DNA of 64,000 nucleotides from NCBI GenBank assembly GCA_015055975.1, contig SVHF01000001.1, positions 134,752 to 198,751 of the forward strand, read 5' to 3'. Made by a program: the position numbers and the translations under genes. Origin of the DNA: Clostridiales bacterium. Lineage in GTDB: Bacteria; Bacillota; Clostridia; Christensenellales; UBA3700. This document shows, in pieces, positions 29,033 to 38,011 of this stretch; the stretch's first letter is position 1; each line of letters opens with the position of its first letter. The notes beneath the pieces were generated by a model. The model did not search any database, was not told where the DNA came from, and was given only the letters and a program-made list of their open reading frames with translations.

Positions 29033-30271
29033 GTGGATTTATTAAAAAAGTGTTCTTTCTGCGGAAAGGGAGAAGATCAAGTTTCTAAAATGTTTGTTAG
29101 TAATTTAACTGGCAATTGTATTTGCAGTGACTGTGTTAAAAATTGCGGTGAAGAACTAAAGAACTTGGAAGAAATTGAGGGAGTAGAAGAAACCAAAAAA
29201 CATAACAAATTAACTTTGTTAAAACCAAAGGAATTAAAGGCCAAATTAGACGAATATATAGTTGGGCAAGATGAAGCAAAGAAAGTGCTTTCTGTTGCTG
29301 TTTATAACCACTATAAGAGAGTAAATTCAATCGATGATAAAGATGATGTAACTTTAGATAAGTCTAACATTTTGCTTTTAGGGCCAACAGGTTGCGGTAA
29401 AACATTACTTGCTAAAACATTGGCAAAGATTTTAAACGTACCATTTGCAATAGCTGATGCTACTACAATTACAGAAGCAGGCTATGTAGGTGATGACGTT
29501 GAAAATGTTTTATTAAAGTTAATTCAAGCAGCTAAGGGAGATATCTCTAGAGCTGAGCTTGGTATTGTTTATATCGATGAAATCGATAAGATTTCAAGAA
29601 AAGGCGAAAATACATCTATAACAAGAGATGTAGGCGGCGAAGGTGTTCAACAAGCTTTATTAAAGATTATTGAAAGCACAACAGCATCTGTTCCTCCTCA
29701 AGGAGGAAGAAAGCATCCTCAACAAGAATGCATACAAATCAATACAACAAACATTTTGTTTATTTGCGGCGGTGCATTTGTAGGATTGGATCAAATTATT
29801 GATAATAGACTTCATGGCCACAGAATGGGCTTTGGCGCAAGCTTAAAATCTAACGAATTACAAAGCTATTCTAAATTGATTTCATCAATTGGACCAGAGG
29901 ACTTAATAAGCTATGGATTAATCCCAGAATTCGTTGGAAGATTGCCAATCGTTGTAGGTGTTGATGCTTTAGATGAAGAAGCTTTAATAAAGATTCTTAC
30001 AGAGCCAAAGAATGCTACGGTTAAGCAATACAAAAAGTTATTCAAGCTTGACGGTGTAGACGTTGAATTTGAAGACGATGCTTTACGTGCAGTTGCGCAA
30101 AAAGCAATTAAGCTAAATACAGGCGCTAGAGGACTACGTTCAATTCTTGAGGGAATCATGCTTGATTTGATGTATGAGATTCCATCAGATAACACAATCG
30201 AAAAGATAGTTGTCACAAAAGATGCAATCAATAAGATTGCAAAGCCTACAATTATTAAGAAGGCTGCTTAA
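29033..30271 (+). CDS. clpX: ATP-dependent Clp protease ATP-binding subunit ClpX (GTG start)
   Basis: Zinc finger CSFCGK...CICSDC, Walker [26 protein letters not shown]. Confidence 0.97.
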   Translation: MDLLKKCSFCGKGEDQVSKMFVSNLTGNCICSDCVKNCGEELKNLEEIEGVEETKKHNKLTLLKPKELKAKLDEYIVGQDEAKKVLSVAVYNHYKRVNSIDDKDDVTLDKSNILLLGPTGCGKTLLAKTLAKILNVPFAIADATTITEAGYVGDDVENVLLKLIQAAKGDISRAELGIVYIDEIDKISRKGENTSITRDVGGEGVQQALLKIIESTTASVPPQGGRKHPQQECIQINTTNILFICGGAFVGLDQIIDNRLHGHRMGFGASLKSNELQSYSKLISSIGPEDLISYGLIPEFVGRLPIVVGVDALDEEALIKILTEPKNATVKQYKKLFKLDGVDVEFEDDALRAVAQKAIKLNTGARGLRSILEGIMLDLMYEIPSDNTIEKIVVTKDAINKIAKPTIIKKAA

Positions 30272-30291
30272 TTTTTGAAGAATTATAAGTG

Positions 30292-30325
30292 GGTGTGACA
30301 GCAATTCGTCACACCTATTTTTTTT
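30292..30325 (+). terminator. Rho-independent terminator after clpX
   Basis: GGTGTGAC / GTCACACC stem followed by TATTTTTTTT. Confidence 0.85.
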
Positions 30326-30381
30326 GTTCAAAAATTCGCCATATAGTTGAATAAAATTTAAATATTTATTATTATAAATGT

Positions 30382-30966
30382 ATGCGTATAATTAATGCGA
30401 AATTCGTAACATCAGTAGCTGATCCAAAACAAATCAAAGATTTTGGTATTAAAGAAATTGCTATTGCCGGAAGATCTAATGTCGGCAAATCGTCTTTCAT
30501 TAACTTTTTGACAAATAACAAGAATCTAGCCAAAACCTCATCTACGCCTGGACGTACGCGCTTGCTTAATTATTTTAATATCAACAACGAACTTATCCTT
30601 GTAGATTTACCAGGATACGGTTATGCAAAAGTTGGCGGAGATGATAAAGATAATTGGGATAAGTTGATTGGTGGGTATCTTCAAAACTCACAAAATTTAG
30701 TTGCTGTTGCTATATTAGTTGATATAAGACATGAACCAACTCCATTAGATTTACAAATGGTAGCTTTTGCGCATCATTATCAAATTCCGTTCTTTATTGT
30801 AGCTACAAAAGCAGATAAATTATCTAAGGCACAAATTCAAAAGCAAAAACAAGTTTTAGCTACAGGGCTTAAATTGGGAGTAGAGAATATCGTTGTAACA
30901 TCAGCTTTAAAGAAGATGGGGCTTTCTGAAGTTCTTCAACAATTTGACAAGTTTTTAGCCAATTAA
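30382..30966 (+). CDS. engB: Ribosome biogenesis GTPase YihA/YsxC (EngB)
   Basis: EIAIAGRSNVGKSSFIN, DLPGYGYAK, ATKADK. Confidence 0.92.
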   Translation: MRIINAKFVTSVADPKQIKDFGIKEIAIAGRSNVGKSSFINFLTNNKNLAKTSSTPGRTRLLNYFNINNELILVDLPGYGYAKVGGDDKDNWDKLIGGYLQNSQNLVAVAILVDIRHEPTPLDLQMVAFAHHYQIPFFIVATKADKLSKAQIQKQKQVLATGLKLGVENIVVTSALKKMGLSEVLQQFDKFLAN

Positions 30967-31028
30967 TTGAATACATATATTCATTTAAGCACGAAATAGT
31001 TTAAAAATTATAATAATTATTTTGCCCA

Positions 31029-31275
31029 ATGGCGCGCGTAATGCGCGTTTTATTTGTATCTTATTTTATGTGCACAAAGGTTTTGCGTACATACATACAT
31101 CAGGTGTACGTGCGATTTATTTGTTTCTTATTACTATATTGCGAATTTTCGCAATATTTATGCCTTCGCAGGCGTACGGGCACTCAATTTGATACTTATT
31201 ACTATTATGCAAAAAATCTATGGCGAATTCGCTCTTGCGCGCGTAATGCGTATGTAATTTGTTTCTAATGCAATT
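31029..31275 (+). repeat. Four degenerate tandem units (67-70 bp period), each a GC-rich GCGTA(A/C)-type segment followed by ATTTG(T/A)(T/A)(T/A)CT(T/A)AT(T/G)
   Basis: 14-mers at 31052-31065, 31119-31132, 31187-31200 and 31257-31270. GCGCGCGTAATGCG occurs at both 31032 and 31237. Palindromes ATTGCGAATTTTCGCAAT (31139-31156) and GCGAATTCGC (31223-31232). Confidence 0.6.
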
Positions 31276-31309
31276 GCGCATTAAATATTTCTTTGATAAT
31301 ATTATACAC

Positions 31310-32005
31310 ATGAACGTATATGCAATTAGTGATCCGCATCTATCTACAGTAGTAAATAAGCCAATGACTATTTTTGGAGAACATTGGAATAATTATTGGG
31401 ATATTATTACTAAAGATTGGAAAGAAAAAGTTAAAGAAGATGATATTGTTATTGTCTCTGGAGATATTTCATGGGGAATTTCTCTAGAAGAAGCTAAACC
31501 AGATATCGATCTAATTGCTGCGCTTCCAGGAAAGATAGTTATTGGGAAAGGTAACCATGACTATTGGTGGCCAAGTATGAATAAACTAAAGAATTGGTTG
31601 CCATCTAATATTTATCCTCAATTCAATAACTGTTTAAGATTTGATAATATTTTAATCTGCGGTTCAAGACTTTGGAATATCGGGCCAAACACTACTGCAG
31701 AAGATAAAAAGATTTTAGAGGGTCATGAGATTCCAAGACTTCAAAGATCTTTAGATTTAATGCAAGCAGAAAGAAAAGAAGGTGACATAGTAATAGCTAT
31801 GACACATTTTCCACCATTCGATTTACAAAAAAATCCATCTCAATTTACTAAGATGTTCGAGGACTATAATGTCGACAAGGTAGTGTATGGACACTTGCAC
31901 GGTGACATTTTTATCCCTAAAGATACTCATTGTGTAATTAACGGGATAGACTATTATTTGACAGCTTGCGATCAGGTTAACCATCATTTGGTTAAAATCA
32001 TTTAA
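31310..32005 (+). CDS. Calcineurin-like metallophosphoesterase
   Basis: ISDPHLS, SGDISWG, GNHDYWW, HFPP, GHLHG motifs. ATG 31310 is preferred over the ORF-track start 31259. Confidence 0.8.
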   Translation: MNVYAISDPHLSTVVNKPMTIFGEHWNNYWDIITKDWKEKVKEDDIVIVSGDISWGISLEEAKPDIDLIAALPGKIVIGKGNHDYWWPSMNKLKNWLPSNIYPQFNNCLRFDNILICGSRLWNIGPNTTAEDKKILEGHEIPRLQRSLDLMQAERKEGDIVIAMTHFPPFDLQKNPSQFTKMFEDYNVDKVVYGHLHGDIFIPKDTHCVINGIDYYLTACDQVNHHLVKII

Positions 32006-32027
32006 GAAAAATATCTAAAAATATGCG

Positions 32028-32057
32028 AATTTGCAGTTCACGCTGCAAATTTTTTTT
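32028..32057 (+). terminator. Rho-independent terminator
   Basis: AATTTGCAG / CTGCAAATT stem followed by a T run. Confidence 0.85.
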
Positions 32058-32218
32058 GCTACAATATAGGAAATCCCACTTTTTACCACGAACCCCAAAA
32101 TTTAGGTGTGAATAAGTGGATAACTTTGTGGATAACTCGACATTTAGACCAATTTAGGCTAGACACTTTTTATCTAAATCGACACATAACACATAAAATT
32201 CGAAAAAATAGGGCGATT

Positions 32219-32243
32219 TGGAAAAAAGTGGAAAAAAATGGAA
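32219..32243 (+). promoter_or_regulatory. Candidate MraZ operator: three direct TGGAAAAAA repeats at exact 10 nt spacing
   Basis: TGG at 32219, 32229 and 32239. A further GTGGATAACT x2 lies at 32115-32138. Lies just upstream of the dcw promoter. Confidence 0.65.
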
Positions 32244-32261
32244 AAAATTTTAGCAAAACTC

Positions 32262-32290
32262 TTGATTTTGACCTCGATGTATTATATAAT
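32262..32290 (+). promoter_or_regulatory. dcw (mraZ) promoter TTGATT-17-TATAAT
   Basis: TTGATT 32262-32267, TATAAT 32285-32290. Confidence 0.65.
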
Positions 32291-32322
32291 GTATGTGAAA
32301 TCTCGTGGAAGGAGGGCGCATT

Positions 32323-32820
32323 ATGAGTTATTTATTCTCTGGTTCAGTTGAAGTTACTGCTGATGACAAGAACCGTTTTAGATTCCCAGTAAAGTATAAA
32401 GATGCTTATGCTGTAGCTGATGATGCCGCTACTTCTGAAGTTTATGTTTTGAAGACAATAAACGCTAAGTACTTAACAATCCTACCAAAGTCAGTTGGGG
32501 AAGATTTTGTAGCTCAATTAAATTCTATGTCTACATTACACTCATCTAGAGATTCTCAAATCGCTGATTGGTATTTGCAAAACCTAGAACTTTGCAAAGT
32601 AGATGGACAAGGTAGATTTATTGTTCCTCAAAAGCAAGCTAACCAAATTGGATTAACAAAAGATGCTGTTATTTCTGGTGCTGGTGCAAAATTAAGAATT
32701 TGGAATAAGGCTGACTTCATTGCAAATGAAAATGCTAAAGAAGCTGAACTTGAAAAATTACTAGCAGCTACAGATATGGAAAGAACAGATCTAGACAACT
32801 TAGTATTTGGTGTAAATTAA
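32323..32820 (+). CDS. mraZ: Transcriptional regulator MraZ
   Basis: Two DxxxR repeats ([18 protein letters not shown]). GGAGGG RBS before ATG 32323. Followed by rsmH. Confidence 0.9.
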   Translation: MSYLFSGSVEVTADDKNRFRFPVKYKDAYAVADDAATSEVYVLKTINAKYLTILPKSVGEDFVAQLNSMSTLHSSRDSQIADWYLQNLELCKVDGQGRFIVPQKQANQIGLTKDAVISGAGAKLRIWNKADFIANENAKEAELEKLLAATDMERTDLDNLVFGVN

Positions 32821-33752
32821 TGGAATTCAAACATGTCCCTGTAATGCTAAATGAATGTATTGAGGGGCTAAATATAAAGCCAACTGGAATTTATCTAGAC
32901 GGCACACTTGGAGGCGCTGGCCACTCAAGTGAAATAGTAAAAAGATTAACAACTGGAAAATTAATAGCAATAGATAAAGATGAAGAAGCTTTAGCCGTTG
33001 CTAAAGAAAGATTAAAAGAATATAGCGATAAGATTATCTTTATACATGATGATTTTAAAAATGCTATAGAGAACCTTGACAAACTTGGTATAGGAAAGAT
33101 TGATGGAGTATTACTAGATTTAGGAGTTTCTTCTTATCAATTGGATAACGCAGAAAGAGGTTTTTCATATAACTCAGATGCGCCACTTGATATGAGAATG
33201 GATCAATCTCAAAGTATGAATGCTTATGAAGTAGTAAATAACTACTCAGAAAAAGAACTAGCAGATGTGCTTTGGAAGTATGGTGAAGAAAAGCTATCTA
33301 GAAAAATTGCATTTAACATCGTTAAGGCAAGACAAAAGGCTCCTATTAAAACAACACTTGAGCTTGCTCAAATCGTGTTAGATTCATATCCAGCTAAATT
33401 GAGATGGAAAGGCGGGAATCCTTGTAAAAGAACATTCCAAGCAATAAGAATCGAAGTAAACGGTGAGCTAAGAGGATTAAGTGAAGCAATTGAAGCATTA
33501 ACCTTAAGGTTAAATGAGGGCGGAAGGATATGTGTTATAACATTCCATTCTTTAGAAGATAGGATAGCGAAACAAATATTCGTGTACTTAGAAAAGGATT
33601 GTATATGTCCACCTGAACAATTGATATGTACCTGTAACAAGCGTAGGGATATAAAAATAATAACAAAACATCCGATTCTACCAACAGAAGAGGAACTTGA
33701 CATAAATACAAGATCGCAAAGCGCTAAGCTAAGAATTGCGGAAAGAATATAA
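32820..33752 (+). CDS. rsmH: 16S rRNA (cytosine1402-N4)-methyltransferase
   Basis: [35 protein letters not shown]. Confidence 0.95.
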   Translation: MEFKHVPVMLNECIEGLNIKPTGIYLDGTLGGAGHSSEIVKRLTTGKLIAIDKDEEALAVAKERLKEYSDKIIFIHDDFKNAIENLDKLGIGKIDGVLLDLGVSSYQLDNAERGFSYNSDAPLDMRMDQSQSMNAYEVVNNYSEKELADVLWKYGEEKLSRKIAFNIVKARQKAPIKTTLELAQIVLDSYPAKLRWKGGNPCKRTFQAIRIEVNGELRGLSEAIEALTLRLNEGGRICVITFHSLEDRIAKQIFVYLEKDCICPPEQLICTCNKRRDIKIITKHPILPTEEELDINTRSQSAKLRIAERI

Positions 33753-33764
33753 AAGGAGGTAATT

Positions 33765-34496
33765 ATGAACGCATCAGTATTAGACAGAGAACAAGCAAAT
33801 ACACAATCTCGTATGCCAAATCCTGGATATACAAGTTTGTATTCGCAAAGAGTGCAACCTATCTCTAGACCTGTTCAAGATATGACACCTAATCGTATGC
33901 CAAGTTATCAACCACAAAACGATTATTATACAAATGTTCAAAGCGATAATATTGATATGGGTGTTAGCGCATATGACATGCAAAACATGATCCAACATAA
34001 TGCTGCTCAATTCGCTCAAACTTATAGTTACAATCCTTATTACTATGAACAACAATACTATAACAATGTTAGTGCAAACGTAGAAACTCATCCAACGAAC
34101 TTCTACCAACCTGTACAAACAAATGATTATATGTATTACCAAGCTCCACAAATGGGACAAATCAATCAAGAATACGAATATGAAAAGACAATCCCACAAA
34201 AGAGCAAGGCTAAAAATAAGACAACTAAGGCTCTAATTGCTGTTTATTTCTTGATCGTTGCTATAGCAGCTGCATTAATAATTGTTAATGTTGTTGCTGC
34301 TGCAAGTGCTGCTACAGTTACTGCTGCAACAGTTGAAACAGCTGCTGCTTCTGAAGATGCTGTATATTATACAGTTGATGATAATGGTTCAATTTCAGAA
34401 ATGGCTAAGTCAGAGCAAGTAGTTGATTATGTATATGATACATCTACTAACTGGTTTGATAGATTGTGCGATAAGATAGGCAATATCTTAGGCTAA
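33765..34496 (+). CDS. Single-pass membrane protein with an N/Q/Y-rich cytoplasmic region, in the position normally held by ftsL
   Basis: Residues 1-145 are low-complexity (Y, Q, N, P). One TM (ALIAVYFLIVAIAAALIIVNVVAAA). About 60 aa external tail. No recognisable family. Confidence 0.4.
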   Translation: MNASVLDREQANTQSRMPNPGYTSLYSQRVQPISRPVQDMTPNRMPSYQPQNDYYTNVQSDNIDMGVSAYDMQNMIQHNAAQFAQTYSYNPYYYEQQYYNNVSANVETHPTNFYQPVQTNDYMYYQAPQMGQINQEYEYEKTIPQKSKAKNKTTKALIAVYFLIVAIAAALIIVNVVAAASAATVTAATVETAAASEDAVYYTVDDNGSISEMAKSEQVVDYVYDTSTNWFDRLCDKIGNILG

Positions 34497-34588
34497 AGAA
34501 AAAAGAAATTAAATGTGTTGTAAGCTATCAAAAAGTTATTAGTTGAGAAGGCTAGTAACTTTTTGTTGAATAAGGAAGGGTATATATA

Positions 34589-35350
34589 ATGAACAAAAAG
34601 CTTATAGGCGTTATTATCGGCGTTTCTGCACTAGTAGTTTTGATTATAGTGCTTGCTGTTACGTTTACTATTAGAAATGTAGTTATCGATACCACTTCAA
34701 CATTATCTCTAACATCAGAACAACAACAAGAATTAATTTCAGATAGTGGAATTAAGATGAAATCTAGTATTTTTAGCGTTGATGAATCAATTGTCGTTAG
34801 AAATATTGAACTAGCTCATCCTTCATATAAAGTTATATCTGTTGAACGTAAATTTCCGAACACGGTTTGCGTTAATTTAACAAATCGTACACCTGTTTAC
34901 TCAATGAATATATATGATGGCACACATGCGCTAGTAGATAGAGAGCTAAAAATTGTTGATATAGTTGAAAGCGATGAAAACGTGAATTATATCACAAGAA
35001 TTAGCGGTTATGAATTGAAGAACACTGTACAAAAAGGTGGTTTTCTAAACATTAACTTTTTACGTGAGATTACGGCTGAAGCAGAGAAGCTTTCTTTTGT
35101 AAATCAAAGAATGTCTAGCTTCATCCCATCTATTGAATATTCAAATGTGGATAATAATGTTAACAATATTTTGTTAAAAACAAATACTGGTGTAATTCTA
35201 GTTATAAAAGAAGTACAAGGATCTATGGGTACATATTTTAACTATGCTTACACAAAGTATTACACTGAACTAACTGAACACCAAAAAACAACAGGATATG
35301 TTTACCTAACAGATGAAAACATCTGGACTTGGTCAAATACGTTAGATTAG
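34589..35350 (+). CDS. ftsQ: Cell division protein FtsQ/DivIB-like (POTRA domain)
   Basis: N-terminal TM. POTRA-like IVVRNIELAHPSYKVISVERKFPNTVCVNLTNRTPVY. Lies immediately before ftsA. Confidence 0.65.
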   Translation: MNKKLIGVIIGVSALVVLIIVLAVTFTIRNVVIDTTSTLSLTSEQQQELISDSGIKMKSSIFSVDESIVVRNIELAHPSYKVISVERKFPNTVCVNLTNRTPVYSMNIYDGTHALVDRELKIVDIVESDENVNYITRISGYELKNTVQKGGFLNINFLREITAEAEKLSFVNQRMSSFIPSIEYSNVDNNVNNILLKTNTGVILVIKEVQGSMGTYFNYAYTKYYTELTEHQKTTGYVYLTDENIWTWSNTLD

Positions 35351-35405
35351 TAAAATTTTTAAAAAAGTTGTTGACTTTCATTATAATATTAATTATAATG
35401 AAAAT

Positions 35406-36545
35406 ATGGGTAAAGATGTTGCGATTTTAGATATCGGATCATGCAAATTAGTATTTGCGACTGGCCATAAGAACTCAATAGGTTCTTGTGACATTACTTC
35501 TTTTTCCTGGATTCCTTATGATGGATATTATGATGGCGAATTTTTAAACTTAGATGGTTTATTAGATGATGTTACAAAAGTCTTTAAACAAGCTAATGTC
35601 CAAAAATTGCCAAAATGTCTATATGTTGGTGTTCCAGCAGAGTTTTCTAGAGTCGAAACAAAAGCATACGCCTTAAATTTTGGTAGAGAAAGATTGATTT
35701 CTTCATCAATTGTAGATGAATTACATTCAAAGGGAGATCAATATTCTGCTATTGAAGGATGGCAAGTATTCTCAAGTTCAGCTATAAGCTATTTGCTTGA
35801 TGAAGAAAGAAGTGTAGTTGACCCATATGGAGAAAGAGCAAAAACAGTTAAAGCTATTCTCTCATACATTTATGTCAAGAATATCTTCGTAGAATTGTTT
35901 GACATAATTACAAGAGAGTTTGGCTTTGAAGAAGTTAAATATATATCTGCACCTTGGGCGGTTGGTACAAGATTTGTCGATGAAGATGCAAGATTATATG
36001 GAGCTTTGAGTTTAGATATTGGCTTTGGAAGTACTTCTATATGTTACATGAAGGGAAACGGAATAGCCAAAATGGCTACAGCGCCTTTAGGCAAAGGTAG
36101 CATATATGGAAAATTAGCACAACAACTAAATGTTTCATTTGAAGAAGCATTAAGTATAGAGAAATCTATCAATTTAGATTTCGAAGCATTAGAAGGAGCT
36201 TTATATACGATATTTGCAGAAAAGCAAGTAAAGACATATAGAGCTAAGGATGTTAACAACGCTATAAGTGCAAGAATTAAAGAAATTGCAGACTTTGTAA
36301 ATGCGTTTGCATCTGAAGATAAAGGATTAATTGCTGATACAACTACTTTATATCTAACAGGTGGCGGTATCGCAGGAATAAAAGGCGGACTTATAACTTT
36401 AGAGAAGAATCTAAAGAGAAAAGTAAGGGGTAGAGCCCCAGGAATAAACAACTATGATAAACCATACTTCGCATCAATGTATGCATTACTAGATGTGGCG
36501 TGTGAGATATACGAAAATCAAAACATTTGGAAAAAGCTATTCTAA
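35406..36545 (+). CDS. ftsA: Cell division protein FtsA (divergent)
   Basis: Actin-fold phosphate loops ILDIGSCKL, LDIGFGSTS, LYLTGGGIAGIKG. C-terminal amphipathic NIWKKLF. Precedes ftsZ. Confidence 0.8.
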   Translation: MGKDVAILDIGSCKLVFATGHKNSIGSCDITSFSWIPYDGYYDGEFLNLDGLLDDVTKVFKQANVQKLPKCLYVGVPAEFSRVETKAYALNFGRERLISSSIVDELHSKGDQYSAIEGWQVFSSSAISYLLDEERSVVDPYGERAKTVKAILSYIYVKNIFVELFDIITREFGFEEVKYISAPWAVGTRFVDEDARLYGALSLDIGFGSTSICYMKGNGIAKMATAPLGKGSIYGKLAQQLNVSFEEALSIEKSINLDFEALEGALYTIFAEKQVKTYRAKDVNNAISARIKEIADFVNAFASEDKGLIADTTTLYLTGGGIAGIKGGLITLEKNLKRKVRGRAPGINNYDKPYFASMYALLDVACEIYENQNIWKKLF

Positions 36546-36569
36546 TAGAATAGATAAACGGAGGGTAAT

Positions 36570-37856
36570 ATGTCGGAGATTCAACCAAGAAATGCTAGAA
36601 TTCTAGTAATGGGCGTAGGCGGCGGTGGCTGCAACGCAGTAAACAGTATGATCGCATCAGGAGTAAACAGCGCAGAATTCGTTGCTGTTAATACAGATGC
36701 ACAAGCTTTAAATATGTCTAAAGCAGACATCAAAATTCCAATCGGAACATCTATAACAAGAGGTTTAGGTGCAGGATCAAGACCAGAAGTTGGTAAGCAA
36801 GCTGCAGATGAATCTCGTAATGAATTGGATAAGGCATTAGATAATGTTGATATGCTATTTGTAACTGCTGGTATGGGCGGCGGTACAGGAACAGGTGCTG
36901 CTCCAGTAATCGCTCAAATCGCAAGAGAAAAGGGCATAGTAACAGTTGGTGTCGTAACAAAGCCATTCGCTTTCGAAGGAAAGATCAGAGGTAAGAATGC
37001 TGAAGAAGGTATTTCAAATCTTAAGAAGGCTTGCGATACAGTAATTGTTATTCCAAATGATAACTTACTAAAAGTATTGGGACCAAAAGCAACAATGTTA
37101 GAAGCATTTAAGCATGCAGACTCAGTTTTAAGAGATGCAATTAAGGGCTTATCTGATTTGATTGCTGTTCCATCTATGATTAACGTTGACTTTGCTGACG
37201 TTAAGACAATTATGAAAGATAAAGGTATGGCTCACTTAGCTGTTGGCGTAGCAGAAGGCCCAGATAAGATTAAGTTAGCTGTTGATAGAGCTATCATGAG
37301 CGACCTATGCAATACAAATATTTCAGGTGCTACAGGTATCTTATTAAATGTAGTTGGTGGCCCATCATTAGGTATGATGGAAGCTATTCAAGCTTCAGAT
37401 CTTGTAAGACAATGCGTAGCTCCAGATGCATTAATCATCTTCGGTTTCGGTATTGAAGAAGATTATGGTGACAAGGTTCAAGTATTACTTGTTGCTACTG
37501 GATTTGAAGAAAATGCACAAATGGGAAGATTCGGTGCTACTAAGTACACAGGTGGTGTACCTCTAGATAACCAAGCATTTAAGTCTAAATATGGTTTACA
37601 ATCAGAACCACAAGTTCAACCAAGACAAGAAATGGTAGCTGATGCTAATCAATATGTTGCTCAACCAAATCAACAAATGCAACAAGCACAACCAGCTCAA
37701 CCACAAATGCAACCAACTCAACCACGTCCTCAATATTCATATGCATCAATATTCGGGACTCAACCACAACCACAACAAGCTCAACCAGCACAACCACAAC
37801 AATCTGGTAAAAAATTACCACCATGGTTTGCTAGATTAAGCAACAGAAACGTTTAA
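36570..37856 (+). CDS. ftsZ: Cell division protein FtsZ with a Q/P-rich C-terminal linker
   Basis: GVGGGGCNAVN, GGGTGTGAAPVIA tubulin signature, NVDFADV. Tail of QPQ repeats ending KKLPPWFARL. Confidence 0.97.
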   Translation: MSEIQPRNARILVMGVGGGGCNAVNSMIASGVNSAEFVAVNTDAQALNMSKADIKIPIGTSITRGLGAGSRPEVGKQAADESRNELDKALDNVDMLFVTAGMGGGTGTGAAPVIAQIAREKGIVTVGVVTKPFAFEGKIRGKNAEEGISNLKKACDTVIVIPNDNLLKVLGPKATMLEAFKHADSVLRDAIKGLSDLIAVPSMINVDFADVKTIMKDKGMAHLAVGVAEGPDKIKLAVDRAIMSDLCNTNISGATGILLNVVGGPSLGMMEAIQASDLVRQCVAPDALIIFGFGIEEDYGDKVQVLLVATGFEENAQMGRFGATKYTGGVPLDNQAFKSKYGLQSEPQVQPRQEMVADANQYVAQPNQQMQQAQPAQPQMQPTQPRPQYSYASIFGTQPQPQQAQPAQPQQSGKKLPPWFARLSNRNV

Positions 37857-37888
37857 TACAAGTTTACAACAACATATATACCCAAAAA

Positions 37889-37930
37889 GGAAGGAAGTGT
37901 CTTTCTAGATGCTTCTTTTCTTTTTTTTTT
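37889..37930 (+). terminator. Rho-independent terminator after ftsZ
   Basis: GGAAGGAAG / CTTCTTTTC 9 bp stem (two G-U pairs) followed by T10. Confidence 0.7.
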
Positions 37931-37946
37931 GCGAAAAAATCCAATA

Positions 37947-37975
37947 TTGACTATAAATATTAATAATATTATAAT
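37947..37975 (+). promoter_or_regulatory. Promoter TTGACT-17-TATAAT for the seven-gene operon
   Basis: TTGACT 37947-37952, 17 nt spacer, TATAAT 37970-37975, 36 nt before ATG 38012. Confidence 0.65.
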
Positions 37976-38011
37976 TTTTATAGTGGCAATATGTATTATT
38001 GACCACAATAT

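Noticed and set aside
30968-30983. Palindrome TGAATACATATATTCA immediately after the engB stop, reminiscent of an ARG box.
   Set aside because: - The arm spacing (TGAAT-N6-ATTCA) differs from the canonical N4.
- It is not upstream of any arginine gene.
- It is more simply a small terminator-like hairpin.
31029-31275. Repeat-plus-spacer geometry (about 35 nt repeat, about 33 nt spacer) that superficially resembles a small CRISPR array.
   Set aside because: - The four repeat copies are only roughly 60-75 percent identical, whereas CRISPR repeats are near-identical.
- The conserved core is only 14 nt.
- No cas genes or leader are present in the window.
- Kept as a generic tandem repeat instead.
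31029-31311. ORF-track entries 31029-31268 (+), 31054-31257 (+) and 31117-31311 (-) as small proteins.
   Set aside because: - They are mutually overlapping in different frames and on both strands.
- They are Cys/Arg/Tyr-rich with odd composition and have no RBS.
- They coincide with the palindromic repeat region, so they are most likely non-coding.
32108-32326. 72 aa ORF upstream of mraZ.
   Set aside because: It spans the MraZ-box repeats and the dcw promoter. The lysine-rich translation simply reflects A-runs, and there is no RBS.
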